Positions 33,325 to 45,722 of a DNA stretch of 64,000 nt are shown here, piece after piece. Position 1 is the stretch's first letter. Each line of letters opens with the position of its first letter. The position numbers and the translations under genes were made by a program. This stretch comes from Escherichia coli (lineage in GTDB: Bacteria > Pseudomonadota > Gammaproteobacteria > Enterobacterales > Enterobacteriaceae). Below the pieces are notes generated by a model, which worked only from the letters and a program-made list of their open reading frames with translations, was not told the origin of the DNA and made no database searches. Location: assembly GCF_024223415.1 (NCBI RefSeq), contig NZ_CP100500.1. One strand, given 5' to 3'.

Positions 33325-34544
33325 AAATACTGGTCTACGGCATTAACTACTCGCCGGAGTTAACCGGCATCGGCAAATACACCGGCGAGATGGTGGAATG
33401 GCTGGCGGCACAAGGTCATGAGGTGCGGGTCATTACCGCACCGCCTTACTACCCGCAGTGGCAGGTGGGCGAGAACTATTCCGCCTGGCGCTACAAACGA
33501 GAAGAGGGGGCCGCCACGGTGTGGCGCTGCCCGCTGTATGTGCCAAAACAGCCGAGCACCCTGAAACGCCTGTTACATCTCGGCAGTTTTGCCGTCAGCA
33601 GTTTTTTCCCGTTGATGGCGCAACGTCGCTGGAAGCCGGATCGCATTATCGGCGTGGTGCCAACGCTGTTTTGCACGCCGGGAATGCGCCTGCTAGCGAA
33701 ACTCTCTGGCGCGTGTACCGTGCTGCATATTCAGGATTACGAAGTAGATGCCATGCTGGGGCTGGGCCTTGCCGGAAAAGGCAAAGGCGGCAAAGTGGCA
33801 CAGCTGGCAACGGCGTTCGAACGTAGCGGACTGCATAACGTCGATAACGTCTCCACGATTTCGCGTTCGATGATGAATAAAGCCATCGAAAAAGGCGTGG
33901 CGGCGGAAAGCGTCATCTTCTTCCCCAACTGGTCGGAAATCGCCCGTTTTCAGCATGTTGCAGACGCCGATGTTGATGCCCTTCGTAACCAGCTTGGCCT
34001 GCCGGATAACAAAAAAATCATTCTTTACTCCGGCAATATTGGTGAAAAGCAGGGACTGGAAAACGTTATTGAAGCTGCCGATCGCCTGCGCGATGAACCG
34101 CTGATTTTTGCCATTGTCGGGCAGGGCGGCGGCAAAGCGCGGCTGGAAAAAATGGCGCAGCAGCGTGGACTGCGCAACATGCAATTTTTCCCGCTGCAAT
34201 CGTATGACGCTTTACCCGCACTGCTGAAGATGGGCGATTGCCATCTGGTGGTGCAAAAACGCGGCGCGGCAGATGCCGTATTGCCGTCGAAACTGACCAA
34301 TATTCTGGCGGTAGGCGGTAACGCGGTGATTACCGCAGAAGCCCACACAGAACTGGGGCAGCTTTGCGAAACCTTTCCGGGCATTGCGGTTTGCGTAGAG
34401 CCGGAATCGGTCGAGGCGCTGGTGGCGGGGATTCGTCAGGCGCTCCTGCTGCCCAAACACAACACGGTGGCACGTGAATATGCCGAACGCACGCTCGATA
34501 AAGAGAACGTGTTACGTCAATTTATAAATGATATTCGGGGATAA
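33321..34544 (+). CDS. wcaI: Colanic acid glycosyltransferase WcaI (GT4)
   Basis: 407 aa. Confidence 0.9.
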   Translation: MKILVYGINYSPELTGIGKYTGEMVEWLAAQGHEVRVITAPPYYPQWQVGENYSAWRYKREEGAATVWRCPLYVPKQPSTLKRLLHLGSFAVSSFFPLMAQRRWKPDRIIGVVPTLFCTPGMRLLAKLSGACTVLHIQDYEVDAMLGLGLAGKGKGGKVAQLATAFERSGLHNVDNVSTISRSMMNKAIEKGVAAESVIFFPNWSEIARFQHVADADVDALRNQLGLPDNKKIILYSGNIGEKQGLENVIEAADRLRDEPLIFAIVGQGGGKARLEKMAQQRGLRNMQFFPLQSYDALPALLKMGDCHLVVQKRGAADAVLPSKLTNILAVGGNAVITAEAHTELGQLCETFPGIAVCVEPESVEALVAGIRQALLLPKHNTVAREYAERTLDKENVLRQFINDIRG

Positions 34545-34546
34545 TT

Positions 34547-35983
34547 ATGGCGCAGTCGAAACTCTATCCAGTTGTGATGGCAGGTGGCTCCGGTAGCCGC
34601 TTATGGCCGCTTTCCCGCGTACTTTACCCCAAGCAGTTTTTATGCCTGAAAGGCGATCTCACCATGCTGCAAACCACCATCTGCCGCCTGAACGGCGTGG
34701 AGTGCGAAAGCCCGGTGGTGATTTGCAATGAGCAGCACCGCTTTATTGTCGCGGAACAGCTGCGTCAACTGAACAAACTCACCGAGAACATTATTCTCGA
34801 ACCTGCAGGGCGTAACACTGCACCGGCCATTGCGCTGGCGGCGCTGGCGGCAAAACGTCATAGCCCGGAGAACGACCCGTTAATGCTGGTGCTGGCGGCG
34901 GATCATGTAATTGCCGATGAAGACGCGTTCCGTGCCGCCGTGCGTAATGCCATGCCATATGCCGAAGCGGGCAAGCTGGTGACCTTTGGCATTGTGCCGG
35001 ATCTACCAGAAACCGGTTATGGCTATATTCGTCGCGGTGAAGTGTCTGCGGGTGAGCAGGATACGGTGGCCTTTGAAGTGGCGCAGTTTGTCGAAAAACC
35101 GAATCTGGAAACCGCGCAGGCCTATGTGGCAAGCGGCGAATATTACTGGAACAGCGGCATGTTCCTGTTCCGCGCCGGACGCTATCTCGAAGAACTGAAA
35201 AAATATCGCCCGGATATCCTCGATGCCTGCGAAAAAGCGATGAGCGCCGTCGATCCGGATCTCGATTTTATTCGCGTGGATGAAGAAGCGTTTCTCGCCT
35301 GCCCGGAAGAGTCGGTGGATTACGCGGTCATGGAACGTACGGCAGATGCCGTTGTGGTGCCGATGGATGCGGGCTGGAGCGATGTCGGTTCCTGGTCCTC
35401 TTTATGGGAGATCAGTGCCCACACCGCCGAGGGCAACGTTTGCCATGGCGATGTGATTAATCACAAAACTGAAAACAGCTATGTGTATGCCGAATCTGGC
35501 CTCGTAACCACCGTCGGGGTGAAAGATCTGGTAGTGGTGCAGACCAAAGATGCGGTGCTGATTGCCGACCGTAACGCGGTGCAGGATGTGAAAAAAGTGG
35601 TCGAGCAGATCAAAGCCGATGGTCGCCATGAGCATCGGGTACATCGCGAAGTCTATCGCCCGTGGGGCAAATATGACTCTATCGACGCGGGCGACCGCTA
35701 CCAGGTGAAACGCATCACCGTGAAACCGGGCGAAGGCTTGTCGGTACAGATGCACCATCACCGCGCGGAACACTGGGTGGTTGTCGCGGGAACGGCAAAA
35801 GTCACTATTGACGGTGATATCAAACTGCTTGGTGAAAACGAGTCGATTTATATTCCGCTGGGGGCGACGCACTGCCTGGAAAACCCGGGGAAAATTCCGC
35901 TCGATTTAATTGAAGTGCGCTCCGGCTCTTATCTCGAAGAGGATGATGTGGTGCGCTTCGCGGATCGCTACGGACGGGTGTAG
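34547..35983 (+). CDS. cpsB: Mannose-1-phosphate guanylyltransferase (ManC/CpsB)
   Basis: 478 aa; [24 protein letters not shown] nucleotidyltransferase motif, C-terminal cupin. Confidence 0.95.
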   Translation: MAQSKLYPVVMAGGSGSRLWPLSRVLYPKQFLCLKGDLTMLQTTICRLNGVECESPVVICNEQHRFIVAEQLRQLNKLTENIILEPAGRNTAPAIALAALAAKRHSPENDPLMLVLAADHVIADEDAFRAAVRNAMPYAEAGKLVTFGIVPDLPETGYGYIRRGEVSAGEQDTVAFEVAQFVEKPNLETAQAYVASGEYYWNSGMFLFRAGRYLEELKKYRPDILDACEKAMSAVDPDLDFIRVDEEAFLACPEESVDYAVMERTADAVVVPMDAGWSDVGSWSSLWEISAHTAEGNVCHGDVINHKTENSYVYAESGLVTTVGVKDLVVVQTKDAVLIADRNAVQDVKKVVEQIKADGRHEHRVHREVYRPWGKYDSIDAGDRYQVKRITVKPGEGLSVQMHHHRAEHWVVVAGTAKVTIDGDIKLLGENESIYIPLGATHCLENPGKIPLDLIEVRSGSYLEEDDVVRFADRYGRV

Positions 35984-36084
35984 CAGTTGAATAATCAACC
36001 GGATTAATTCTCCGGTAAATAACGACAAAAACAAAATTGGCCATTTCGGTCAGGGCCAACTATTGCCTGAAAAAGGGTAACGAT

Positions 36085-37455
36085 ATGAAAAAATTAACCT
36101 GCTTTAAAGCCTATGATATTCGCGGAAAATTAGGCGAAGAACTGAATGAAGATATCGCCTGGCGCATTGGTCGCGCCTATGGCGAATTTCTCAAACCGAA
36201 AACCATTGTGTTAGGCGGTGATGTCCGCCTCACCAGCGAAACCTTAAAACTGGCGCTGGCGAAAGGTTTACAGGATGCGGGCGTCGATGTGCTGGATATC
36301 GGCATGTCCGGCACCGAAGAGATCTATTTCGCCACGTTCCATCTCGGCGTGGATGGCGGCATCGAAGTTACCGCCAGCCATAATCCGATGGATTATAACG
36401 GCATGAAACTGGTGCGCGAAGGGGCTCACCCGATCAGCGGTGATACCGGACTGCGCGACGTCCAGCGTCTGGCTGAAGCCAACGACTTTCCTCCCGTCGA
36501 TGAAACCAAACGCGGTCGCTATCAGCAAATCAACCTGCGTGATGCATACGTTGATCACCTTTTCGGTTATATCAATGTCAAAAACCTTACTCCGCTGAAG
36601 CTTGTGATCAACTCCGGAAACGGCGCAGCGGGTCCGGTAGTGGACGCCATTGAAGCTCGCTTTAAAGCCCTCGGCGCACCCGTGGAATTGATCAAAGTGC
36701 ACAACACGCCCGACGGGAATTTCCCCAACGGTATTCCTAACCCGCTGCTGCCAGAATGTCGCGACGACACCCGCAATGCGGTCATCAAACACGGCGCGGA
36801 TATGGGCATTGCCTTTGATGGCGATTTTGACCGCTGTTTCCTGTTTGACGAAAAAGGGCAGTTTATCGAGGGCTACTACATTGTCGGCCTGCTGGCAGAA
36901 GCGTTCCTCGAAAAAAATCCCGGCGCGAAGATCATCCACGATCCACGTCTCTCCTGGAACACCGTTGATGTGGTGACTGCCGCAGGCGGCACCCCGGTAA
37001 TGTCGAAAACCGGACACGCCTTTATTAAAGAACGTATGCGCAAGGAAGACGCCATCTACGGTGGCGAAATGAGCGCCCACCATTACTTCCGTGATTTCGC
37101 TTACTGCGACAGCGGCATGATCCCGTGGCTGCTGGTCGCTGAACTGGTGTGCCTGAAAGGGAAAACGCTGGGCGAACTGGTGCGCGACCGGATGGCAGCG
37201 TTTCCGGCAAGCGGTGAGATCAACAGCAAACTGGCGCACCCCGTTGAGGCGATTAACCGCGTCGAACAGCATTTTAGCCGTGAGGCGCTGGCGGTGGATC
37301 GCACCGATGGCATCAGCATGACCTTTGCCGACTGGCGCTTTAACCTGCGCTCCTCCAACACCGAACCGGTGGTGCGGTTGAATGTGGAATCGCGCGGCGA
37401 TGTACCGCTGATGGAAGCGCGAACGCGAACTCTGCTGACGTTGCTGAACGAGTAA
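36085..37455 (+). CDS. cpsG: Phosphomannomutase (ManB/CpsG)
   Basis: ORF track 36037..37455; trimmed to [15 protein letters not shown] (456 aa); TASHNP active-site motif. Confidence 0.95.
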   Translation: MKKLTCFKAYDIRGKLGEELNEDIAWRIGRAYGEFLKPKTIVLGGDVRLTSETLKLALAKGLQDAGVDVLDIGMSGTEEIYFATFHLGVDGGIEVTASHNPMDYNGMKLVREGAHPISGDTGLRDVQRLAEANDFPPVDETKRGRYQQINLRDAYVDHLFGYINVKNLTPLKLVINSGNGAAGPVVDAIEARFKALGAPVELIKVHNTPDGNFPNGIPNPLLPECRDDTRNAVIKHGADMGIAFDGDFDRCFLFDEKGQFIEGYYIVGLLAEAFLEKNPGAKIIHDPRLSWNTVDVVTAAGGTPVMSKTGHAFIKERMRKEDAIYGGEMSAHHYFRDFAYCDSGMIPWLLVAELVCLKGKTLGELVRDRMAAFPASGEINSKLAHPVEAINRVEQHFSREALAVDRTDGISMTFADWRFNLRSSNTEPVVRLNVESRGDVPLMEARTRTLLTLLNE

Positions 37456-37509
37456 TGTCGGATCTTCCCTTACCCCACTGCGGGTAAGGGGCTAATAACA
37501 GGAACAACG

Positions 37510-38904
37510 ATGACAAATCTAAAAAAGCGCGAGCGAGCGAAAACCAATGCATCGTTAATCTCTATGGTGCAACGCTTTTCAGATATCACCATCATGTTTG
37601 CCGGACTATGGCTGGTTTGCGAAGTGAGCGGACTGTCATTCCTCTACATGCACCTGTTGGTGGCGCTGATTACGCTGGTGGTGTTCCAGATGCTGGGTGG
37701 CATCACCGATTTTTATCGCTCATGGCGCGGTGTTCGGACAGCGACAGAATTTGCCCTGTTGCTACAAAACTGGACGTTAAGCGTGATTTTCAGCGCCGGA
37801 CTGGTGGCGTTCAACAATGATTTCGACACGCAACTGAAAATCTGGCTGGCGTGGTATGGGCTGACCAGCATCGGACTGGTGGTTTGCCGTTCATGTATTC
37901 GCATTGGGGCGGGCTGGCTGCGTAATCATGGCTATAACAAGCGGATGGTCGCGGTGGCGGGGGATTTAGCCGCCGGACAAATGCTGATGGAGAGCTTCCG
38001 TAATCAGCCGTGGTTAGGGTTTGAAGTGGTGGGCGTATACCACGACCCAAAACCGGGCGGCGTTTCTAACGACTGGGCGGGCAATCTGCAACAGCTGGTA
38101 GAGGATGCAAAAGCGGGCAAGATTCATAACGTCTATATCGCGATGCAGATGTGCGACGGCGCGCGAGTGAAAAAACTGGTCCATCAACTGGCGGACACCA
38201 CCTGTTCGGTGCTGCTGATCCCCGATGTCTTTACCTTCAACATTCTCCATTCCCGTATCGAAGAGATGAACGGCGTACCGGTGGTGCCGCTTTACGACAC
38301 GCCGCTTTCCGGGGTTAACCGCCTGCTCAAACGTGCGGAAGATATTGTGCTGGCAACGCTGATCCTGCTGCTGATCTCCCCGGTGCTGTGCTGTATTGCG
38401 CTGGCGGTAAAACTCAGTTCACCAGGGCCGGTTATTTTTCGCCAGACTCGCTACGGCATGGATGGCAAGCCGATCAAAGTGTGGAAGTTCCGTTCGATGA
38501 AAGTGATGGAGAACGACAAAGTGGTGACCCAGGCGACGCAGAACGATCCGCGCGTCACCAAAGTGGGGAACTTTCTGCGCCGCACCTCGCTGGACGAATT
38601 GCCGCAGTTTATCAATGTGCTGACCGGGGGGATGTCGATTGTCGGTCCACGTCCGCACGCGGTGGCGCATAACGAACAGTATCGACAGCTCATTGAAGGC
38701 TACATGCTGCGCCATAAGGTGAAACCGGGCATTACCGGCTGGGCGCAGATTAACGGCTGGCGCGGCGAAACCGACACACTGGAGAAAATGGAAAAACGCG
38801 TCGAGTTCGACCTTGAGTACATCCGCGAATGGAGCGTCTGGTTCGATATCAAAATCGTTTTCCTGACGGTATTCAAGGGCTTCGTTAACAAAGCGGCATA
38901 TTGA
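37510..38904 (+). CDS. wcaJ: Undecaprenyl-phosphate glucose-1-phosphate transferase WcaJ
   Basis: 464 aa; polyisoprenyl-phosphate hexose-1-P transferase family. Confidence 0.93.
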   Translation: MTNLKKRERAKTNASLISMVQRFSDITIMFAGLWLVCEVSGLSFLYMHLLVALITLVVFQMLGGITDFYRSWRGVRTATEFALLLQNWTLSVIFSAGLVAFNNDFDTQLKIWLAWYGLTSIGLVVCRSCIRIGAGWLRNHGYNKRMVAVAGDLAAGQMLMESFRNQPWLGFEVVGVYHDPKPGGVSNDWAGNLQQLVEDAKAGKIHNVYIAMQMCDGARVKKLVHQLADTTCSVLLIPDVFTFNILHSRIEEMNGVPVVPLYDTPLSGVNRLLKRAEDIVLATLILLLISPVLCCIALAVKLSSPGPVIFRQTRYGMDGKPIKVWKFRSMKVMENDKVVTQATQNDPRVTKVGNFLRRTSLDELPQFINVLTGGMSIVGPRPHAVAHNEQYRQLIEGYMLRHKVKPGITGWAQINGWRGETDTLEKMEKRVEFDLEYIREWSVWFDIKIVFLTVFKGFVNKAAY

Positions 38905-38905
38905 T

Positions 38906-40384
38906 ATGAGCTTACGTGAAAAAACCATCAGCGGCGCGAAGTGGTCGGCGATTGCCACGGTGATCATCATCGGCCTCGGGTTGGTGCAGATGACCGTGCT
39001 GGCGCGGATTATCGACAACCACCAGTTCGGTTTGCTTACCGTGTCGCTGGTGATCATCGCGCTGGCAGATACGCTTTCTGACTTCGGTATCGCTAACTCG
39101 ATTATTCAGCGAAAAGAAATCAGCCACCTTGAACTCACCACGTTGTACTGGCTGAACGTCGGGCTGGGGATCGTGGTGTGCGTGGCGGTGTTTTTGTTGA
39201 GTGATGCCATTGGCGACGTGCTGAATAACCCGGACCTGGCACCGTTGATTAAAACATTGTCGCTGGCGTTTGTGGTGATCCCCCACGGGCAACAGTTCCG
39301 CGCGTTGATGCAGAAGGAGCTGGAGTTCAACAAAATCGGCATGATCGAAACCAGCGCGGTGCTGGCGGGCTTCACTTTTACTGTGGTTAGCGCCCATTTC
39401 TGGCCGCTGGCGATGACTGCGATCCTCGGTTATCTGGTCAATAGTGCGGTGAGAACGCTGCTGTTTGGCTACTTTGGTAGCAAAATTTATCGTCCCGGTC
39501 TGCATTTCTCGCTGGCGTCGGTGGCACCAAACTTACGCTTTGGTGCCTGGCTGACGGCGGACAGCATTATCAACTATCTCAATACCAACCTTTCAACGCT
39601 GGTGCTGGCGCGTATTCTCGGCGCGGGCGTGGCAGGGGGATACAACCTGGCGTACAACGTGGCCGTTGTGCCGCCGATGAAACTGAACCCCATCATCACC
39701 CGCGTGTTGTTTCCGGCGTTTGCCAAAATTCAGGACGACACCGAAAAGCTGCGCGTCAACTTCTACAAGCTGCTGTCGGTGGTGGGGATTATCAACTTTC
39801 CGGCGCTGCTGGGGCTGATGGTGGTGTCGAATAACTTTGTACCGCTGGTCTTTGGTGAGAATTGGAACAGCATTATTCCGGTGCTGCAAATGCTGTGTGT
39901 GGTGGGGCTGCTGCGCTCAGTGGGGAACCCGATTGGTTCGCTGCTGATGGCGAAAGCGCGGGTCGATATCAGCTTTAAATTCAACGTATTCAAAACCTTT
40001 CTGTTTATTCCGGCGATTGTTATTGGTGGGCAGATGGCGGGCGCAATCGGCGTCACGCTCGGCTTCCTGCTGGTGCAGATTATCAACACCATTCTGAGCT
40101 ATTTCGTGATGATTAAACCGGTGCTCGGTTCCAGTTATCGCCAGTACATCCTGAGTTTATGGCTGCCGTTTTATCTCTCGCTGCCGACGCTGGTGGTTAG
40201 TTATGCGTTGGGCATTGTACTGAAAGGGCAACTGGCGCTGGGGATGCTGCTGGCGGTGCAAATAGCCGCAGGCGCGCTGGCGTTTGTGGTGATGATTGTG
40301 CTATCGCGCCATCCGCTGGTGGTGGAAGTGAAGCGTCAGTTTTGTCGCAGCGAAAAAATGAAAATGCTTTTACGGGCGGGGTGA
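38906..40384 (+). CDS. wzxC: Colanic acid flippase WzxC
   Basis: 492 aa polytopic MOP-family protein. Confidence 0.92.
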   Translation: MSLREKTISGAKWSAIATVIIIGLGLVQMTVLARIIDNHQFGLLTVSLVIIALADTLSDFGIANSIIQRKEISHLELTTLYWLNVGLGIVVCVAVFLLSDAIGDVLNNPDLAPLIKTLSLAFVVIPHGQQFRALMQKELEFNKIGMIETSAVLAGFTFTVVSAHFWPLAMTAILGYLVNSAVRTLLFGYFGSKIYRPGLHFSLASVAPNLRFGAWLTADSIINYLNTNLSTLVLARILGAGVAGGYNLAYNVAVVPPMKLNPIITRVLFPAFAKIQDDTEKLRVNFYKLLSVVGIINFPALLGLMVVSNNFVPLVFGENWNSIIPVLQMLCVVGLLRSVGNPIGSLLMAKARVDISFKFNVFKTFLFIPAIVIGGQMAGAIGVTLGFLLVQIINTILSYFVMIKPVLGSSYRQYILSLWLPFYLSLPTLVVSYALGIVLKGQLALGMLLAVQIAAGALAFVVMIVLSRHPLVVEVKRQFCRSEKMKMLLRAG

Positions 40385-40455
40385 GTTGTTGTTTTCGGTT
40401 CCGGCAACAAAAACAACAACATAACCTCACCTGGCATCAAATTTATGAGGAAAAA

Positions 40456-41736
40456 ATGAAATTACTTATTCTGGGCAACCACACTTGCGGCAATCGTGGC
40501 GACAGCGCCATCTTGCGCGGCTTACTTGATGCCATCAACATCCTCAATCCACATGCCGAAGTGGACGTGATGAGCCGCTATCCGGTCAGTTCTTCCTGGC
40601 TGCTCAACCGCCCGGTAATGGGCGATCCGCTGTTCCTGCAAATGAAACAACACAACAGCGCGGCGGGCGTTGTCGGGCGCGTTAAAAAAGCCCTCCGTCG
40701 CCGCTATCAGCACCAGGTATTGCTCTCGCGCGTCACCGACACTGGCAAGCTGCGTAATATCGCCATCGCCCAGGGATTCACCGACTTCGTGCGCTTGCTG
40801 TCAGGCTACGACGCCATTATTCAGGTCGGCGGATCGTTTTTTGTCGATCTCTATGGCGTGCCACAGTTTGAACATGCGCTTTGCACATTTATGGCGAAAA
40901 AGCCGCTGTTTATGATTGGTCACAGCGTCGGCCCCTTCCAGGATGAGCAATTTAACCAACTGGCGAACTACGTATTCGGTCACTGCGACGCGCTGCTCCT
41001 GCGCGAATCGGTCAGCCTTGATTTGATGAAACGCAGCAATATCACTACCGCAAAAGTGGAACATGGCGTCGATACCGCGTGGCTGGTCGATCACCACACC
41101 GAAGATTTCACCGCCAGCTATGCCGTTCAACACTGGCTGGACGTTGCCGCACAACAGAAAACGGTAGCAATTACCCTGCGCGAACTGGCACCGTTCGACA
41201 AACGTCTCGGCACCACTCAACAAGCGTATGAAAAAGCCTTTGCCGGGGTGATCAATCGCATTCTCGACGAAGGCTATCAGGTGATTGCGCTTTCCACCTG
41301 TACGGGCATCGACAGTTATAACAAAGACGATCGCATGGTGGCGCTCAATCTGCGCCAGCACATCAGCGATCCTGCCCGTTACCACGTAGTGATGGATGAA
41401 CTCAACGATCTGGAAATGGGCAAAATTCTCGGAGCCTGTGAACTCACCGTCGGTACGCGCCTGCACTCCGCCATTATCTCGATGAATTTTGCCACTCCGG
41501 CAATTGCCATCAACTACGAACATAAATCCGCCGGGATTATGCAACAACTGGGGCTGCCAGAGATGGCGATTGATATCCGTCATTTACTGGACGGCAGCTT
41601 GCAAGCGATGGTTGCGGATACCTTAGGCCAACTTCCGGCGCTGAACGCGCGACTTAACGAAGCCGTCAGTCGCGAACGTCAGACGGGAATGCAGATGGTG
41701 CAATCTGTGCTTGAGCGCATCGGGGAGGCGAAATGA
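40456..41736 (+). CDS. wcaK: Colanic acid pyruvyl transferase WcaK
   Basis: ORF track 40342..41736; trimmed to MKLLILGNHTCGNRGDSAI (426 aa). Confidence 0.9.
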   Translation: MKLLILGNHTCGNRGDSAILRGLLDAINILNPHAEVDVMSRYPVSSSWLLNRPVMGDPLFLQMKQHNSAAGVVGRVKKALRRRYQHQVLLSRVTDTGKLRNIAIAQGFTDFVRLLSGYDAIIQVGGSFFVDLYGVPQFEHALCTFMAKKPLFMIGHSVGPFQDEQFNQLANYVFGHCDALLLRESVSLDLMKRSNITTAKVEHGVDTAWLVDHHTEDFTASYAVQHWLDVAAQQKTVAITLRELAPFDKRLGTTQQAYEKAFAGVINRILDEGYQVIALSTCTGIDSYNKDDRMVALNLRQHISDPARYHVVMDELNDLEMGKILGACELTVGTRLHSAIISMNFATPAIAINYEHKSAGIMQQLGLPEMAIDIRHLLDGSLQAMVADTLGQLPALNARLNEAVSRERQTGMQMVQSVLERIGEAK

Positions 41737-42953
41737 AGGTCGGCTTCTTTTTACTGAAATTTCCGCTGTCGTCGGAAACTTTCGTCCTCAACCAAATTAC
41801 CGCGTTTATTGATATGGGATTTGAGGTGGAGATTGTCGCGCTGCAAAAAGGCGATACAGAGAACACCCACGCGGCATGGACGAAATACAACCTTGCCGCC
41901 AGAACCCGCTGGTTACAGGACGAACCAACGGGCAAAGTGGCGAAGCTGCGCCACCGCGCCAGCCAGACCTTACGCGGCATTCATCGTAAAAATACCTGGC
42001 AGGCGCTCAACCTCAAACGCTATGGTGCCGAGTCGCGGAACCTGATTTTGTCTGCCATTTGCGGTCAGGTCGTAACACCGTTACATGCCGATGTCTTTAT
42101 CGCGCACTTTGGTCCGGCAGGGGTAACCGCAGCAAAACTCCGCGAACTGGGTGTCATTCGCGGCAAAATTGCCACCATTTTCCACGGCATTGATATTTCC
42201 AGTCGGGAAGTGCTCAACCACTACACTCCCGAATATCAACAACTGTTTCGCCGTGGCGACCTGATGCTACCGATAAGCGATCTGTGGGCCGGAAGGCTGC
42301 AAAAAATGGGCTGCCCGAGGGAAAAAATCGCCGTATCGCGCATGGGCGTGGACATGACGCGCTTTAGCCCGCGTCCGGTGAAAGCGCCTGCAACGCCGCT
42401 GGAAATCATTTCCGTCGCACGCTTAACCGAGAAAAAAGGCCTGCATGTGGCGATCGAAGCCTGCCGTCAGTTGAAAGAGCAGGGCGTGGCATTTCGCTAT
42501 CGCATCCTCGGCATTGGCCCGTGGGAACGACGCCTGCGCACCCTCATCGAACAATATCAACTGGAAGATGTGGTAGAGATGCCGGGCTTTAAACCGAGCC
42601 ACGAAGTGAAAGCGATCCTCGACGACGCGGATGTCTTCCTCCTGCCATCGGTAACGGGCGCGGATGGCGATATGGAAGGTATTCCGGTGGCGCTGATGGA
42701 GGCGATGGCGGTCGGCATTCCGGTGGTTTCTACTCTGCACAGCGGAATACCGGAACTGGTAGAGGCCGATAAATCCGGCTGGCTGGTGCCTGAGAACGAT
42801 TCTCGCGCACTGGCGCAACGACTGGCGGCGTTTAGCCAACTGGACACCGACGAACTGGCTCCGGTCGTCAAACGTGCGCGCGAAAAAGTTGAACACGATT
42901 TTAACCAGCAGGTGATCAATCGAGAACTCGTCAGCTTGCTGCAAGCTTTATAG
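41733..42953 (+). CDS. wcaL: Colanic acid glycosyltransferase WcaL (GT4)
   Basis: 406 aa. Confidence 0.9.
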   Translation: MKVGFFLLKFPLSSETFVLNQITAFIDMGFEVEIVALQKGDTENTHAAWTKYNLAARTRWLQDEPTGKVAKLRHRASQTLRGIHRKNTWQALNLKRYGAESRNLILSAICGQVVTPLHADVFIAHFGPAGVTAAKLRELGVIRGKIATIFHGIDISSREVLNHYTPEYQQLFRRGDLMLPISDLWAGRLQKMGCPREKIAVSRMGVDMTRFSPRPVKAPATPLEIISVARLTEKKGLHVAIEACRQLKEQGVAFRYRILGIGPWERRLRTLIEQYQLEDVVEMPGFKPSHEVKAILDDADVFLLPSVTGADGDMEGIPVALMEAMAVGIPVVSTLHSGIPELVEADKSGWLVPENDSRALAQRLAAFSQLDTDELAPVVKRAREKVEHDFNQQVINRELVSLLQAL

Positions 42954-42963
42954 AGGAGAACGC

Positions 42964-44358
42964 ATGCCATTTAAAAAACTCTCCCGACGCACCTTCCTGA
43001 CGGCAAGCTCCGCGCTTGCCTTCCTTCATACGCCTTTCGCCCGAGCACTTCCTGCCCGGCAAAGCGTTAACATTAACGACTACAACCCACACGACTGGAT
43101 TGCTTCATTTAAACAAGCCTTCAGCGAAGGGCAAACGGTCGTCGTGCCTGCCGGATTCGTTTGTGACAATATCAACACCGGCATCTTCATTCCTGCAGGT
43201 AAAACGTTACACATCCTTGGAAGCCTGCGCGGTAACGGCAGAGGGCGATTTGTCTTACAGGACGGCAGCCAGGTGACAGGGGAGGAGGGCGGCAGTATGC
43301 ATAACATCACCCTGGATGTGCGCGGCTCTGACTGCACCATCAAAGGGCTGGCGATGAGCGGCTTTGGTCCGGTAACGCAGATTTATATCGGCGGCAAAAA
43401 CAAACGGGTCATGCGCAACCTGACCATCGATAACCTCACTGTCAGCCACGCTAATTACGCCATCTTACGCCAGGGATTTCATAACCAGATTATCGCTGCC
43501 AACATCACCAACTGTAAGTTCAGCGACTTACAGGGCGACGCCATTGAATGGAATGTGGCGATTAACGACCGCGATATTTTGATATCCGACCACATCATCG
43601 AGCGCATCAACTGTACCAACGGCAAAATCAACTGGGGCATCGGCATAGGCCTTGCGGGAAGCACTTACGATAATAATTACCCGGAAGATCAGGCAGTGAA
43701 AAACTTTGTCGTGGCGAATATCACGGGATCGGATTGTCGACAGTTGATCCATGTTGAAAATGGTAAACATTTTGTTATTCGTAATATCAAAGCCCGCAAT
43801 ATCACGCCGGATTTCAGTAAGAAAGCAGGCATTGATAACGCCACGGTCGCTATTTACGGTTGTGACAATTTCGTGATTGATAATATTGAAATGATTAATA
43901 GCGCCGGGATGTTAATCGGCTATGGGGTAATTAAAGGCAAATATCTCTCGATACCGCAAAATTTCCGAGTGAGTAATATTCAACTGGATAATACCCACCT
44001 TGCTTACAAATTGCGCGGCATCCAAATCTCCGCCGGGAATGCCGTCTCCTTTGTGGCACTGACTAACATTGAGATGAAGCGTGCGTCGCTGGCGCTTCAC
44101 AATAAACCGCAACATCTTTTTATGCGAAATATCAATGTGATGCAGGAATCCACTGTTGGACCCGCACTGAGCATGAACTTCGACATGCGCAAAGACGTAC
44201 GAGGTGTCTTTATGGCGAAAAAAGAAACACTCCTGTCTCTTGCAAATGTTCATGCGGTGAATGAAAAAGGGCAAAGCTCCGTCGATATCGACAGGGTTAA
44301 TCACCATATTGTTAATGTGGAAAAGATTAACTTTAGATTGCCGGAACGGAGGGAGTAG
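42964..44358 (+). CDS. wcaM: Colanic acid biosynthesis protein WcaM
   Basis: 464 aa with Tat-like N-terminus ([14 protein letters not shown]), beta-helix-like. Confidence 0.9.
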   Translation: MPFKKLSRRTFLTASSALAFLHTPFARALPARQSVNINDYNPHDWIASFKQAFSEGQTVVVPAGFVCDNINTGIFIPAGKTLHILGSLRGNGRGRFVLQDGSQVTGEEGGSMHNITLDVRGSDCTIKGLAMSGFGPVTQIYIGGKNKRVMRNLTIDNLTVSHANYAILRQGFHNQIIAANITNCKFSDLQGDAIEWNVAINDRDILISDHIIERINCTNGKINWGIGIGLAGSTYDNNYPEDQAVKNFVVANITGSDCRQLIHVENGKHFVIRNIKARNITPDFSKKAGIDNATVAIYGCDNFVIDNIEMINSAGMLIGYGVIKGKYLSIPQNFRVSNIQLDNTHLAYKLRGIQISAGNAVSFVALTNIEMKRASLALHNKPQHLFMRNINVMQESTVGPALSMNFDMRKDVRGVFMAKKETLLSLANVHAVNEKGQSSVDIDRVNHHIVNVEKINFRLPERRE

Positions 44359-44532
44359 ATTTGCGACCATTCCTGGAAAAATGGATCCATACTTAGGAAC
44401 AATGCTACTGCAATCCACAACGAAGCGGCGTAACATCACAAGTAATTCAGTAATCAATTCAGGGTAATTGATGCTGGCGAAAAAAATCGAACAAGCTATA
44501 ATTCAGCAACCATTTTACAGGTGGATGAAATA

Positions 44533-45426
44533 ATGACGAATTTAAAAGCAGTTATTCCTGTAGCGGGTCTTGGGATGCATATGTTGCCTGCCACTAAGGC
44601 GATTCCCAAAGAGATGCTACCGATCGTCGACAAGCCTATGATTCAGTACATTGTTGACGAGATTGTGGCTGCAGGGATCAAAGAAATCCTCCTGGTAACT
44701 CATGCGTCCAAGAACGCGGTCGAAAACCACTTCGACACCTCTTATGAATTAGAATCTCTCCTTGAACAGCGCGTAAAGCGTCAATTGCTTGCGGAAGTGC
44801 AGTCCATCTGTCCACCGGGCGTGACCATTATGAACGTGCGTCAGGGCGAACCTTTAGGTTTGGGTCACTCCATTTTATGTGCACGACCCGCCATTGGTGA
44901 CAATCCATTTGTCGTGGTGCTGCCGGACGTTGTGATCGACGACGCCAGCGCCGACCCGCTGCGCTACAACCTTGCTGCCATGATTGCACGATTCAACGAA
45001 ACGGGTCGTAGCCAGGTGCTGGCAAAACGTATGCCGGGTGACCTCTCTGAATACTCGGTCATCCAGACCAAAGAACCACTGGACCGTGAAGGTAAAGTCA
45101 GCCGCATTGTTGAATTTATCGAAAAACCGGATCAGCCGCAGATGTTGGACTCAGACATCATGGCCGTTGGTCGTTATGTGCTTTCTGCCGATATTTGGCC
45201 GGAACTTGAACGCACGCAGCCAGGTGCATGGGGGCGTATTCAGCTGACTGATGCCATCGCTGAACTGGCGAAAACACAGTCCGTTGATGCCATGCTGATG
45301 ACAGGTGACAGCTACGACTGCGGTAAAAAAATGGGTTATATGCAGGCATTTGTGAAGTATGGACTACGCAACCTCAAAGAAGGGGCGAAGTTCCGTAAAG
45401 GGATTGAGAAGCTGTTAAGCGAATAA
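44533..45426 (+). CDS. galF: UTP-glucose-1-phosphate uridylyltransferase homolog GalF
   Basis: ORF track starts at GTG 44521; ATG at 44533 gives [30 protein letters not shown] (297 aa). Confidence 0.95.
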   Translation: MTNLKAVIPVAGLGMHMLPATKAIPKEMLPIVDKPMIQYIVDEIVAAGIKEILLVTHASKNAVENHFDTSYELESLLEQRVKRQLLAEVQSICPPGVTIMNVRQGEPLGLGHSILCARPAIGDNPFVVVLPDVVIDDASADPLRYNLAAMIARFNETGRSQVLAKRMPGDLSEYSVIQTKEPLDREGKVSRIVEFIEKPDQPQMLDSDIMAVGRYVLSADIWPELERTQPGAWGRIQLTDAIAELAKTQSVDAMLMTGDSYDCGKKMGYMQAFVKYGLRNLKEGAKFRKGIEKLLSE

Positions 45427-45683
45427 TGAAAATCTGACTGGATGTAACGGTTGATAAGAAAATTATAACGGTGGTGAAAATTCGCAGGAAAAGTAACTTG
45501 TTGCGAATATTCCTGCCGTTATTTGATATAAATAACCAGCATAACAACGAGTTAATATTAGGATTTTAGTCAAAGTTTCCTAGGATTTTTCTTGTTTCCA
45601 GAGCGGATTCGTAAGACAATTAGCGCCTTAGTTTTACGGGTTAGCGTGAGTGAGCCATGCTCGTTACATCGCAGGTGTGTATT

Positions 45684-45722
45684 CAGTGTTCTGGTAGCTG
45701 TAAAGCCAGGGGCGGTAGCGTA
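45684..45722 (+). promoter_or_regulatory. JUMPstart with ops element in the O-antigen cluster leader
   Basis: cagtgttctggtagctgtaaagccaggggcggtagcgta; ops core GGCGGTAGCGT. Confidence 0.8.

Noticed and set aside
36268-37272. 334-codon minus-strand ORF inside cpsG (manB)
   Set aside because: Antisense to a conserved phosphomannomutase gene; no homology signal I can recognise.
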